Below, piece by piece: positions 14,300 through 24,572 of a stretch of 64,000 nucleotides of DNA; positions within the stretch are counted from its first letter, which is position 1; every line of letters begins with the position of its first letter. This DNA comes from Macrostomum lignano (taxonomy: Eukaryota): positions 1 to 64,000 of the forward strand of contig NIVC01001359.1 in the NCBI GenBank assembly GCA_002269645.1. The letters are read 5' to 3'. The position numbers and the translations under genes were made by a program. The notes under the pieces are model-generated. The model saw only the letters and a list, made by a program, of their open reading frames with translations. It was not told the DNA's origin and searched no databases.

Positions 14300-14600
14300 A
14301 CCCATCTTCTACCCTATCTACCCACTCTACCCCATCTTCTACCCTATGTACCCACTCTACCCCATCTTCTACCCTATGTACCCACTCTACCCCATCTACC
14401 CTATCTACCCACTCTACCCCATCTTCTACCCTATGTACCCACTCTACCCCATCTTCTACCCTATCTACCCACTCTACCCCATCTTCTACCCTATCTACCC
14501 ACTCTACTCCATCTTCTACCCTATGTACCCACTCTACCCCATCTTCTACCCTATCTACCCACTCTACCCCATCTTCTACCTTGTCTACCCACTCTACCCC
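14300..14600. repeat. 30-bp minisatellite
   Basis: accctatgtacccactctaccccatcttct, period 30. Confidence 0.92.
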
Positions 14601-15469
14601 AATATATTGCCTTATTTCCCAATCTCTACCCTTACTACCCCTATCCAGTTAACTATACTCTACACTTTACCCTCTCTCTATATCTATATCTACCCCTATC
14701 TATTCCTATCTACAATAATCTACCTGTTGCCCCTATATCTGCATCTACAAGCTAATTCCGTTTTTCTCTTCCACCTCTCTCCCAGACTCGCCCTCTGTAA
14801 CTTGGAATTATATTAATATATGTTAGTTTTCACAGTATGTCCCCTTTAATATTATATTTGCCAAACTATTATAGTGACATTTAATCTGCAATTGTAAGCA
14901 TTGAATATCTTCAGCTGACAATGTGCTAATTATATTTACGAGTAGAATAGCTTTTTTCTAAGTAAATTAATCAACTAATAAAATATAGCAAACTGTTTGT
15001 TAATGTTTGTTATAATTTGTATTCATTTTTTACAATATTTTGCATACTAAATACGCTTATTATAGTGGAGGTTTAAGAGCGTAAGATTGTGTACCTACTT
15101 TTTAGCTGTAGTAGATCACAAGACTCAACCCCTGGACAGTTTAGCTACTTCAACAAATGAATGCTCTTTTAGTATAGGGTCTGTCCTCTGCTGCTGTGTC
15201 TCCCTATACTCATATTCTTAGTTCAGCTGGACACAGAGACTTAAAAACTGGAGTAGGAAAGAAATGACAATTTAGCAATTCCAGCCATTGTCTAGCTGTA
15301 TTGTGCGAACCCCTGCGCTCGCCGGCAAAGCATTCGGAGTGCAGCCATGGGAGACCCACAGTCAAAGTCTAGAGCATAGCAACTCCTCAGACAACTGTAG
15401 GCTGAATGCAGGTTTTACACACAGTTTAATGCTACTATACCGTAGGAAAGAGGGACGAAGGAAGAGGGA

Positions 15470-16530
15470 AAGAAGAGGTAGAGGAGAGAAGAGGGGAGAG
15501 GAGAGAAGAGGGGAGAGGACAGAAGAGAAGAGGGGGAGAGGTGTGAGGAGAGAAGAAGGGAGAGGAGAGGAGAGAAGAGATGAGATGAGAGGAGCAAAGA
15601 GGGGAGAGGAGAAAAGAGGAGAGGGTAGATAAGATAAGAAGGGAAGGGAAATGAGAGAAGAGGGGAAAGGAGATGAGAGAAGAAGGGAAGGGAGATGAGA
15701 GAAGAGGTGAAGGGAGATGAGAGAAGAGGTGAAGGGAGATGAGAGAAGAGGGGAGGGGAGATGAGAGAAGAGGGGAAAGGAGATGAGAGAAGAAGGGAAA
15801 GGAGATCAGAGAAGAAGGGAAGGGAGATGAGAGAAGAGGTGAAGGGAGATGAGAGAAGAGGTGAAGGGAGATGAGAGAAGAGGGGAGGGGAGATGAGAGA
15901 AGAGGGGAAAGGAGATGAGAGAAAAGGGAAGGGAGATGAGAGAAGAAGGGAAGGGAGATGAGAGAAGAGGTGAAGGGAGATGAGAGAAGAGTTGAAGGGA
16001 GATGAGAGAAGAGGTGAAGGGAGATGAGAGAAGAGTTGAAGGGAGATGAGAGAAGAGGGGAGGGGAGATGAGAAAAGAGGGGAGAGGAGAAAAGAGGAGA
16101 GGGTAGATAAGATAAGAAGGGAAGGGAGATGAGAGAAGAGGGGAAAGGAGATGAGAGAAGAAGGGAAGGGAGATGAGAGAAGAGGTGAAGGGAGATGAGA
16201 GAAGAGGTGAAGGGAGATGAGAGAAGAGGGGAGGGGAGATGAGAGAAGAGGGGAAAGGAGATGAGAGAAGAAGGGAAGGGAGATGAGAGAAGAAGGGAAG
16301 GGAGATGAGAGAAGAGGTGAAGGGAGATGAGAGAAGAGTTGAAGGGAGATGAGAGAAGAAGGGAAGGGAGATGAGAGAAGAGGTGAAGGGAGATGAGAGA
16401 AGAGTTGAAGGGAGATGAGAGAAGAGGTGAAGGGAGATGAGAGAAGAGGTGAAGGGAGATGAGAGAAGAGGGGAGGGGAGATGAGAAAAGAGGGGAGAGG
16501 AGTGAAGAGGGGAGGGGAGAGAAAGAAAGA
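15470..16530. repeat. Polypurine ~20-22 bp minisatellite (gggagatgagagaagaggtgaa)
   Basis: Almost entirely G/A on the + strand; source of the SSLL-rich minus-strand ORFs. Confidence 0.92.
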
Positions 16531-16574
16531 GCGAAGAAAACACGAACAATCAGCAGGCAATCAGCAAGTTTCAA

Positions 16575-16612
16575 AGTAGCCAATGGCCCGATAGAGAGAC
16601 GTCACGCGTCAC
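16575..16612 (+). promoter_or_regulatory. Possible promoter of the amidase-like gene (CCAAT plus CRE-like element)
   Basis: CCAAT at 16580-16584 and gacgtcacgcgtcac at 16598-16612, ~300 bp upstream of ATG 16885. Motif match only. Confidence 0.3.
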
Positions 16613-16884
16613 ATCTGGGCAGTGCAGTCGGGCCTAAAGTTGTCTAAAGAGTTGCTACTCCATGCTCTGCTTCAAGTCCTCCTTGGGTATGGCTAAAGGG
16701 GTAAGGAGAGAGAGAGAGAGAACTGACAGAGTCTGGTTGGGTGGCACTTGTATAGTCTCGCTAGCTAGCTAGGGTGTATTAATACAACTGTTAGGCAGCC
16801 GCTGCTACCCAATAGTTTTATTAAGCGTTCATTGCGACTTGGTTTAGCTACAGATTAATATATATATATAATCCCTATTCCTCA

Positions 16885-19876
16885 ATGCAGCCTCCATCGG
16901 TGCCATCAGTGCTAGCGGCTGGTGCTTTGGCGGTGCCGCTGGCTTTGGTCTTTTCGCGACTATTCTTCGAATCTAGCGTTGCTTGGGGCGTTAAACTGTT
17001 GCTAACCGGTCTATTGACTGTTTCTATCCTGTTGCTGGCCAAATTTGCCTGGCGTCTGATATCAGCCTATCGTACCAAGCGCAAGACTAAGAAAGAGCAA
17101 TTAGAGAAGAAGGCAAGGCTATGGAATAAATTGAATAGTCTAAGCGGACCAGTGGCCAATTCTAAAACTTTGTGCCTGGAAGAATACGAGGATTTGAAAA
17201 ATCGAATGCAAAGTGGAGCTTTGGCGCCTATTGATGTTCTGGAGGCCTTTCAGGTAAGCGATTAGATTCTAAAACCTTATGAATCCATACACTGCCCTCG
17301 TTTGCCCCCCCCCCTAGTGGACCTACACTGCCCTCGTTTGCCCCCCCCCTAGTGGACCTACACTGCCCTCATTTGCCCCCCCCTAGTGGACCTACACTGC
17401 CCTCGTTTGCCCCCCCCCTAGTGGACCTACACTGCCCTCGTTTGCCCCCCCTAGTGGACCTACACTGCCCTCATTTGCCCCCCCCCCTAGTGGACCTACA
17501 CTGCCCTCATTTGCCCCCCCCCCCAAGTGGACCTACACTGCCCTAATTTGCCCCCCCCCGAAGTGGACCTACACTGCCCTAATTTGACCCCCCCCAAGTG
17601 GACCTCATTTGACCCCCTGGTGACATACGTTGCCTTCATTTGACCCCCCTAGTGGCATAAATTGCCCTCATTGGACCCCCCTAGTGGCATAAATTGCCCT
17701 CATGTGACCCCCCTGGTGACATACGTTGCCTTCATTTGACCCCCCTAGTGGCATAAATTGCCCTCATTGGACCCCCCTAGTGGCATAAATTGCCCTCATT
17801 GGACCCCCCTAGTGGCATAAATTGCCCTCATTGGACCCCCCTAGTGGCATAAATTGCCCTCATTTGACCTCCCTAGTAACACAAATTGACCTCATTTTAC
17901 CCCCCCAAGTGGACCTACACTGCCCTCATTTGACCCCCCTCATTAGTAATACCCTGATTCGACCCCCTGTCTGACCCCTCACGCAATTGCTTTCATGACT
18001 ACCCTAAACCATCAGGCTCGCACTCTGATGCTAGATCAGAAAGGCAAAGCGGCCAAGGTCAAAGAAGTTGTTTACGATGCCGACGTTCAAGCCCTGATGC
18101 TGGAGGGCGGCCGCGCTAGCGAGGTGCTGCTGCCAGCCGCCGCGTTCTATTACAACGCGGCTCTGATGCCGTTTGAGGACAAAGACGAGGATGGAGATCC
18201 TTGTCAAAAAGATCACCCTGTGGTGGCTGCTCTTCGCTCCGAGGGCGCCATAGATATTGCTCTGGTGGACAAAGACCTCACTCAGGTGAGAGAATTGTAT
18301 GTTATTTGTCTTTTCATGTTCGAAATTTTTCTTTTGCTATTGTGTGGGTTGCCCGTTCTAAAATTCAGATGGTTACTGTTTTCCCTGGGTGTCTGTAAAG
18401 GGTTGCCTGTTCTCATAAAGTGTGTCTGTAAGGGGCTGCCTGTTCTCATAAAGTGTGTCTGTAAGGGGCTGCCTGTTCTCATAAAGTGTGTCTGTAAGGG
18501 GCTGCCTGTTCTCATAAAGTGTGTCTGTAAGGGGTTGCCTGTTCTCATAAAGTGTGTCTGTAAGGAGTTGCCTGTTCTCATAAAGTGTGTCTGTAAGCGG
18601 TTGCCTGTTCTCATAAAGTGTGTCTGTAAGCGGTTGCCTGTTCTCATAAAGTGTGTCTGTAAGGGGTTGCCTGTTCTCATAAAGTGTGTCTGTAAGGGGT
18701 TGCCTGTTCTCATAAAGTGTGTCTGTAAGCGGTTGCCTGTTCTCATAAAGTGTGTCTGTAAGGGGCTGCCTGTTCTCATAAAGTGTGTCTGTAAGGGGCT
18801 GCCTGTTCTCATAAAGTGTGTCTGTAAGGGGCTGCCTGTTCTCATAAAGTGTGTCTGTAAGGGGCTGCCTGTTCTCATAAAGTGTGTCTGCAAGGGGCTG
18901 CCTGTTCTCATATAGTGTGTCTGTAAGGGGCTGCCTGTTCTCATATAGTGTGTCTGTAAGGGGCTGCCTGTTCTCATAAAGTGTGTCTGCAAGGGGCTGC
19001 CTCTTCTCATAAAGTGTGTCTGCAAGGGGCTGCCTCTTCTCATAAAGTGTGTCTGCAAGGGGCTGCCTGTTCTCATAAAGTGTGTCTGCAAGGGACTGCC
19101 TGTGTCTTTAAATCAGGGACTCCGGGTTGATTTTCTGTTAAGACCCCAAATCCCCAAAAGCAACAACCGCTGCCGCCGCACTCCTAATCCGCGCCTTGCC
19201 CCAGGTGAGCGGCCTTCTCCTCAACCACGGCGCCCTGTTCTTCGCTGGCCAGTATTCGACCTGCAACCTCGGCCAGGTGCTGCGTGCCATCGCCAGTAAG
19301 CCGATCTGCGCCACCCTGCTTCGACGCGACCAACCCGACGGTAAATTCCTAGCCATCCTGGCCAGTCAGTCTCGTCTGCCTTCGCTGGCCGCTGCCGCCG
19401 TCACGCCGGGACTTCGCGATCACCTGCTGACTCCGCCGTCGTCGCCAAGTGGCAGCCAGCCGCCGTCGCCGCGTCGCATCGGCTTCCTGTTTGAGCACCA
19501 GCGCCGATCGCAAGCCGACGGCCGACTTCCACCTGGCGAGGACAGCGTCGCCCAGCTGTTGTCACCGGCCTCCGGCTCGGCCACTCTGGTTCGCGATGTC
19601 GATTTTGCTCGACTATTATCGGCATCGAAATCGGCCAATAGTAAGTCGGAAGTTCGAGTCGCAGCTGAGGCTATCCTAGCTGAGAATTCGTTAGATGGAA
19701 TCGCTTTAGTTGCTGGGCAAGACTGCCGGCTGGCTGAGCAGTTGGCCGGCTTCATGGATTTGTCTGTGTTCCACCTGACTGAGCAGCTGGCTGAGCTGTA
19801 CCTGTGCCATCCTCACGACAGGCTTCGATCCGGGCTCACCATTGCTCAGGCATTTGGCTCGGCTATCCGACTGTGA
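16885..19876 (+). CDS. Highly divergent FAAH/amidase-signature-like membrane protein, probably catalytically inactive
   Basis: Phase-0 exons 16885..17253, 18016..18285, 19205..19876 (start of exon 3 uncertain); ~436 aa. N-terminal hydrophobic segment, then LKNRMQSGALAPIDVLEAF (cf. FAAH LVQKLHSRELAPEAVLFTY), KDHPVVAALRSEGA (cf. CDSVVVHVLKLQGA), ENSLDGIALV (cf. ALDLDVVLTP). Alignment by eye. Confidence 0.7.
17290..17945. repeat. ~33-bp minisatellite in amidase-like intron 1
   Basis: gtggacctacactgccctcatttgcccccccta with variable C runs. Confidence 0.9.
18385..19100. repeat. 33-bp minisatellite in amidase-like intron 2
   Basis: aaggggctgcctgttctcataaagtgtgtctgt; translates as repeated KGLPVLIKCVC. 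Confidence 0.95.
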
Positions 19877-19964
19877 ACTTGGGGGGCAGAGGTTGGCACA
19901 CTTTTTATTTAAAGGGCCAGATAGAGAATCTAGCGCGTGACTGCGGCCCAGAGGAGGGGAGAGA

Positions 19965-20585
19965 TGAAAAGAGAAGGGAGAAGAGAAGAGAGAGGAGAAG
20001 AGATAGGAGAGAGGAGAGGGGACAAGTGACAAAGGAGAGAGGCGAAGGAAGAGGAGAGAAGGGAGAGGTGAGAAGAGAGAGGACAAGTGAGGGATAGGAG
20101 AAGAGAGAGGACAAGTGAGGGATAAGAGAAGAGAGAGGACAAGTGAGGGATAGGAGAAGAGAGAGGACAAGTGAGGGATAGAAGAAGAGAGAGGACAAGT
20201 GAGGGATAGGAGAAGAGAGAGGACAAGTGAGGGATAGGAGAAGAGAGAGGACAAGTGAGGGATAGGAGAAGAGAGAGGACAAGTGAGGGATAGGAGAAGA
20301 GAGAGGACAAGTGAGGGATAGAAGAAGAGAGAGGACAAGTGAGGGATAGAAGAAGAGAGAGGACAAGTGAGGGATAGGAGAAGAGAGAGGACAAGTGAGG
20401 GATAGAAGAAGAGAGAGGACAAGTGAGGGATAGGAGAAGAGAGAGGACAAGTGAGGGATAGGAGAAGAGAGAGGACAAGTGAGGGATAGGAGAAGAGAGA
20501 GGACAAGTGAGGGATAGGAGAAGAGAGAGGACAAGTGAGGGATAGGAGAAGAGAGAGGACAAGTGAGGGATAGGAGAAGAGAGAA
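19965..20585. repeat. 28-bp polypurine minisatellite
   Basis: aagagagaggacaagtgagggataggag, period 20101->20129. Confidence 0.93.
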
Positions 20586-20639
20586 GGGCTCGGGTACCGT
20601 TTTTATCGGGTAAAGTCAAGGCCGATTCGCTTATAAACC

Positions 20640-21255
20640 CCACATCAGAAATCGCCCATAAATCCCACACCAAAAATCGCTCATAGACTCCACATCAGAA
20701 ATCACCCAAAGACCCCACAACAAAAATCGCCCATAGACTCCACACGAGAAATCGCCCATAGACTCCACATCAGAAATCGCCCATAGACTCCACATCAGAA
20801 ATCGCCCATAGACTCCACATCAGAAATCGCCCATAGACCCCACATCAGAAATCGCCCATAGACTCCACATCAGAAATCGCCCATAGACTCCACATCAGAA
20901 ATCGCCCATGGACTCTACACCAGAAATCGCCCATAGACTCCACACGAGAAATCGCCCATAGACTCCACACCAGAAATCGCCCATAGACTCCACACCAGAA
21001 ATCGCCCATAGACCCCACATCAGAAATCGCCCATAGACCCCACATCAGAAATCGCCCATGGACTCTACACCAGAAATCGCCCATAGACTCCACACCAGAA
21101 ATCGCGCATAGACTCCACACTAGAAATCGCCCATAGACCCCACACCAGAAATCGCGCATAGACTCCACACTAGAAATCGCCCATGGACTCCACACTAGAA
21201 ATCGCCCATGGACTTCACACGAGAAATCGCCCATAGACTCCACACCAGAAATCGC
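20640..21255. repeat. 25-bp minisatellite
   Basis: gactccacatcagaaatcgcccata, period 20761->20786. Confidence 0.93.
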
Positions 21256-22236
21256 CAGTGACTAAACATTATAAACATAATAAATTAGCATTAACAGTTT
21301 GTTTTAATTAGAAATTCATAAAGTTTAATCAGACAACCATATTTAAATACCTTTTTTTAAACTGTTATGTTTCCTGTAAACGGAATAATGTGATTAAAAG
21401 TAGGGAATCAACATCAACTTGCCAAAATGTAAATTTTGACGTGCTTTTTTATTTTAAGTTTTCGATCTGATTTAATTTTTCATTCATTTTTTGGATTGCC
21501 TGTTTATTACTCCTGCGCTGTGCCTTGAACTGGTGTTCCGTTAACTAGTTTATACTATTTGTAAACTAGCTTTATTACAGTTTTATTTAAATTTTCTATA
21601 TATTATACGTTTAAGCTAAATTTGTTTATTAACTTATTCTACTTATTGTTCTACTTATGTCAGTAGTGTGCTACGAGTATTTCTAAACTTTGTTTTCCTT
21701 TTTCGTAACTGTTTTCTGCTAATTTTTAAAATACTTTTCATATTTATTCACTCGCTGGTGGTATGTGTAGTTGGCTATTGCCGATATGTTGTGTAAACAA
21801 CTTTGTTGAGTTGGCTGCTATTTTGAATTGTATTGTATGCAAATTATATATATATACTTGCATATTGCTACTCGTATAATATACGTTTTATTTTAAAAAC
21901 ATTTTTTAGTTTAACGAACTTTTGTATACGCTCAAACGTTTATATATTGCTGGCTATTAGTTTTTTATATGCCTTAAATAAAAGCCATTTAAATGCTCAT
22001 GCAAGCATATCTTTAACTTCTTTTTTTAGTAGAATTTAGCACCAATATTTAACTGTGTGTGTACGATTTTCTCTGCTTCAAGTAGATTAATCAGATCATT
22101 TTTAATTAATAATAATGAATTAATTGAAGCCACGAATTGCATATTTAGCAGTTTTTTCTTCACGTATGCTTATTACCGTCTTTTACATCCCTCTGTTTAC
22201 TCACTACTGATAATAGTCTTCTATCAGTAGTATTAA

Positions 22237-22310
22237 GGGCCATAACCAAGTGGTCTAGCGCGGCGCTCTGATGTGCCAGCGGCCCAGGCTCGATTCCAAG
22301 TGCAGTCACA
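22237..22310 (+). mobile_element. tRNA-derived SINE head or tRNA pseudogene
   Basis: A-box-like TAACCAAGTGG (22243-22253) and B-box-like GGCTCGATTCC (22287-22297) at tRNA-like spacing; no acceptor stem can be formed. Confidence 0.45.
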
Positions 22311-22324
22311 TTAATTTTGGGGCT

Positions 22325-22905
22325 AAATGTAGACAAATACAGACCCTAACTGACAGACAACAGACCCTAACTGACAGACAAATACAGACCCTAACTGACA
22401 GACAAATACAGACCCTAACTGACAGACAAATACAGACCCTAACTGACAGGTAAATACAGACCCTAACTGACAGTCAAATACAGACCCTAACTGACAAATA
22501 CAGACCCTGACAGGCAAATACAGACCCTAACTGACAGACAACAGACCCTAACTGACAGACAACAGACCCTAACTGACAGACAACAGACCCTAACTGACAG
22601 ACAAATACAGACCTAACTGACAGGTAAATACAGACCCTAGCTGACAGGTAAATACAGACCCTAACTGACAGTCAAATGCAGACCCTAACTGACAGACAAA
22701 TACAGACCCTGACTGACAGGTAAATACAGACCCTAACTGACAGACGAATGCAGACCCTAACTGACAGACAAATACAGACCCTAACTGACAGACAAATACA
22801 GACCCTGACAGACAAATACAGACCCTAACTGACAAATACAGACCCTAACTGACAAATACAGACCCTGACAGGCAAATACAGGCCCTAACTGACAGACAAA
22901 TACAG
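22325..22905. repeat. ~24-bp minisatellite
   Basis: aatacagaccctaactgacagaca with 20-24 bp variants. Confidence 0.93.
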
Positions 22906-22958
22906 AAAGAAAAGAAAAATACCAATCAGGCAACTCAAGGCGCAATTTTGCTTTCCAG

Positions 22959-23690
22959 GAAACGCCAGAAGCGGCCGAAGCGGCCAGAAAATACCCCAGC
23001 CTGGTGCTGAACATCAGGTCGGATATTGCATCAGGCGCCCCATCAAAAGATGCAGCACCGGCTTCTAAGAACAATTTGGCAGCCTCCTGTGCTTCGGAGC
23101 AGCAGCAGAAAAGGTGCCTACAGTTTGAAGCTGAGCAAAAATTGCAATTGGAGAAGCAGCTTGAACGGCAGCGCCGAAAGCAGCAACGCAGCATGCGTCA
23201 GCATCTTGCATGGCAACTAGACCATCGATTTAGTTCGCCTAACTGCGGCCCGTTGCACTTTCTCTGGCGCTGCGCCAATGTCTCACTTGAAGGTGAAAGC
23301 CAGCCACCCAGAGTAGCGGTGTACACCAGAGCTATGAACCAGATCGATGCCATCATACGGGGCAGGCTGGTGTCATTCGATAGGCATGTAAATCTTGTAC
23401 TGACAGACGCTGTGGAGACTCGCCTAGTTAACCTGGACACCGGCTGCGTCAGAGAGCTGCAACGCAAGCAGAGGCGCAACGCTAAACGCGCCGTCGCTAG
23501 ATCGGCTAGAGAAGTTGTCAGGAAAAAGAAAATCGCCGATTTCGTAGAACCCAGTGATGATTGCGAAGCGGTTGGAGATGACGGTAGTGGCGGCGCTAGT
23601 TCGAGTCGGTGTCGGGCTCAAGTTGAGCACTCTACCTTGGGTCAGGTTCTGCTGAGAGGATCTTGCGTTGTCTTGGTGCGATTGGCCTGA
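22959..23690 (+). CDS. LSM11: LSm11-like U7 snRNP protein (split Sm fold)
   Basis: Open frame from acceptor ttttgctttccag|GAA (22959) to TGA 23690. GPLHFLWRC, RVAVYTR, GRLVSFDRHVNLVLTDAVET (Sm1), a long basic/acidic insert, then LGQVLLRGSCVVLVRLA-stop (Sm2) follow the LSm11 layout (GPLxxLxRC...GFLVAFDKFWNMALTDV...QIFIRGENVLLV). Confidence 0.85.
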   Translation, partial: ETPEAAEAARKYPSLVLNIRSDIASGAPSKDAAPASKNNLAASCASEQQQKRCLQFEAEQKLQLEKQLERQRRKQQRSMRQHLAWQLDHRFSSPNCGPLHFLWRCANVSLEGESQPPRVAVYTRAMNQIDAIIRGRLVSFDRHVNLVLTDAVETRLVNLDTGCVRELQRKQRRNAKRAVARSAREVVRKKKIADFVEPSDDCEAVGDDGSGGASSSRCRAQVEHSTLGQVLLRGSCVVLVRLA

Positions 23691-23734
23691 AGCTTGTTTT
23701 TCCTTGCTATGAGTGATGAGGGTATCAGAGCGGA

Positions 23735-23774
23735 AATCAGACAGACAGACAGACACTAAGACAGACAGACACTA

Positions 23775-23811
<37 letters not shown>

Positions 23812-23846
23812 CTAAGACAGACACTACGACAGACAGACAGACAGGC

Positions 23847-23883
<37 letters not shown>

Positions 23884-23970
23884 CTACGACAGACAGACAG
23901 ACAGACAGACAGACACTACGACAGACAGACAGACAGACAGACAGACACTACGACAGACAGACAGACAGAC
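23735..23970. repeat. (GACA)n microsatellite
   Basis: Direct reading. Confidence 0.95.
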
Positions 23971-24382
23971 CGGCTGGATTAACAGATTCAAATCTGATAT
24001 TATTTAACGATAATTACATAATAGTCCGAAAAATCAGGCTTAACTATTTCCAATGCGATTAAGTATTTAGAATGCATTTGCTGTATGCTTTTATACAGTA
24101 CAATAGCAATATGCCAGTTTTCTAAACCTTGCAGTGAGGCATTTAAGAACTCATTTTAATAATTGCTTCCTATAGGTAGGGTTCACATGCTTTTCTGACT
24201 ACTTATACCTTTTTTAAACAGTGAGAAAATTTTTTTCGGTGCTATGATTTTCTATATGTTCTCTTTGTACTTGAATAATAAAACGATTTTCTGAAACATA
24301 TATTTTCCTATGACGAGAGTTTCCTACGCTGTCTTTTTTTCATTTGAGTTTTGAGTGCGAGTTATAAGACGAAGATACAATT

Positions 24383-24448
24383 TGTGTCCTTGAGCAAGAC
24401 ACTTAACTCTGCATTGCTTCAGTTCACCCAGCTATAAAATGGGTGCCA
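24383..24448 (+). mobile_element. CORE-SINE-like domain fragment
   Basis: tgtgtccttgagcaagacacttaactctgcattgcttcagttcacccagctataaaatggg resembles the MIR/CORE consensus gtgaccttgggcaagtcacttaacctctctgagcctcagtttcctcatctgtaaaatggg (recalled consensus, compared by eye). Confidence 0.55.
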
Positions 24449-24572
24449 GCATTAGCTGGGGTAATTGAGGGTGTGTGGCGACCCCCCCCCCCCCCCCCAG
24501 TCCTTGGACTGAACAGCCGCCAGCACTTTTGACATAATGTGATAGCAATTAAAACTCAAATTTGCTGCCACA

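Noticed and set aside
18385-19110. Repeat translation GLPVLIK / GLPVSLN resembles the amidase catalytic-lysine motif GxPxSxK
   Set aside because: It lies downstream of the ...LRSEGA segment, the wrong order for amidases, and inside a GT-AG intron; treated as coincidence.
11590-20585. H-DNA or G-quadruplex function for the polypurine arrays
   Set aside because: Structurally possible but expected of any such repeat; nothing in the sequence indicates a role.
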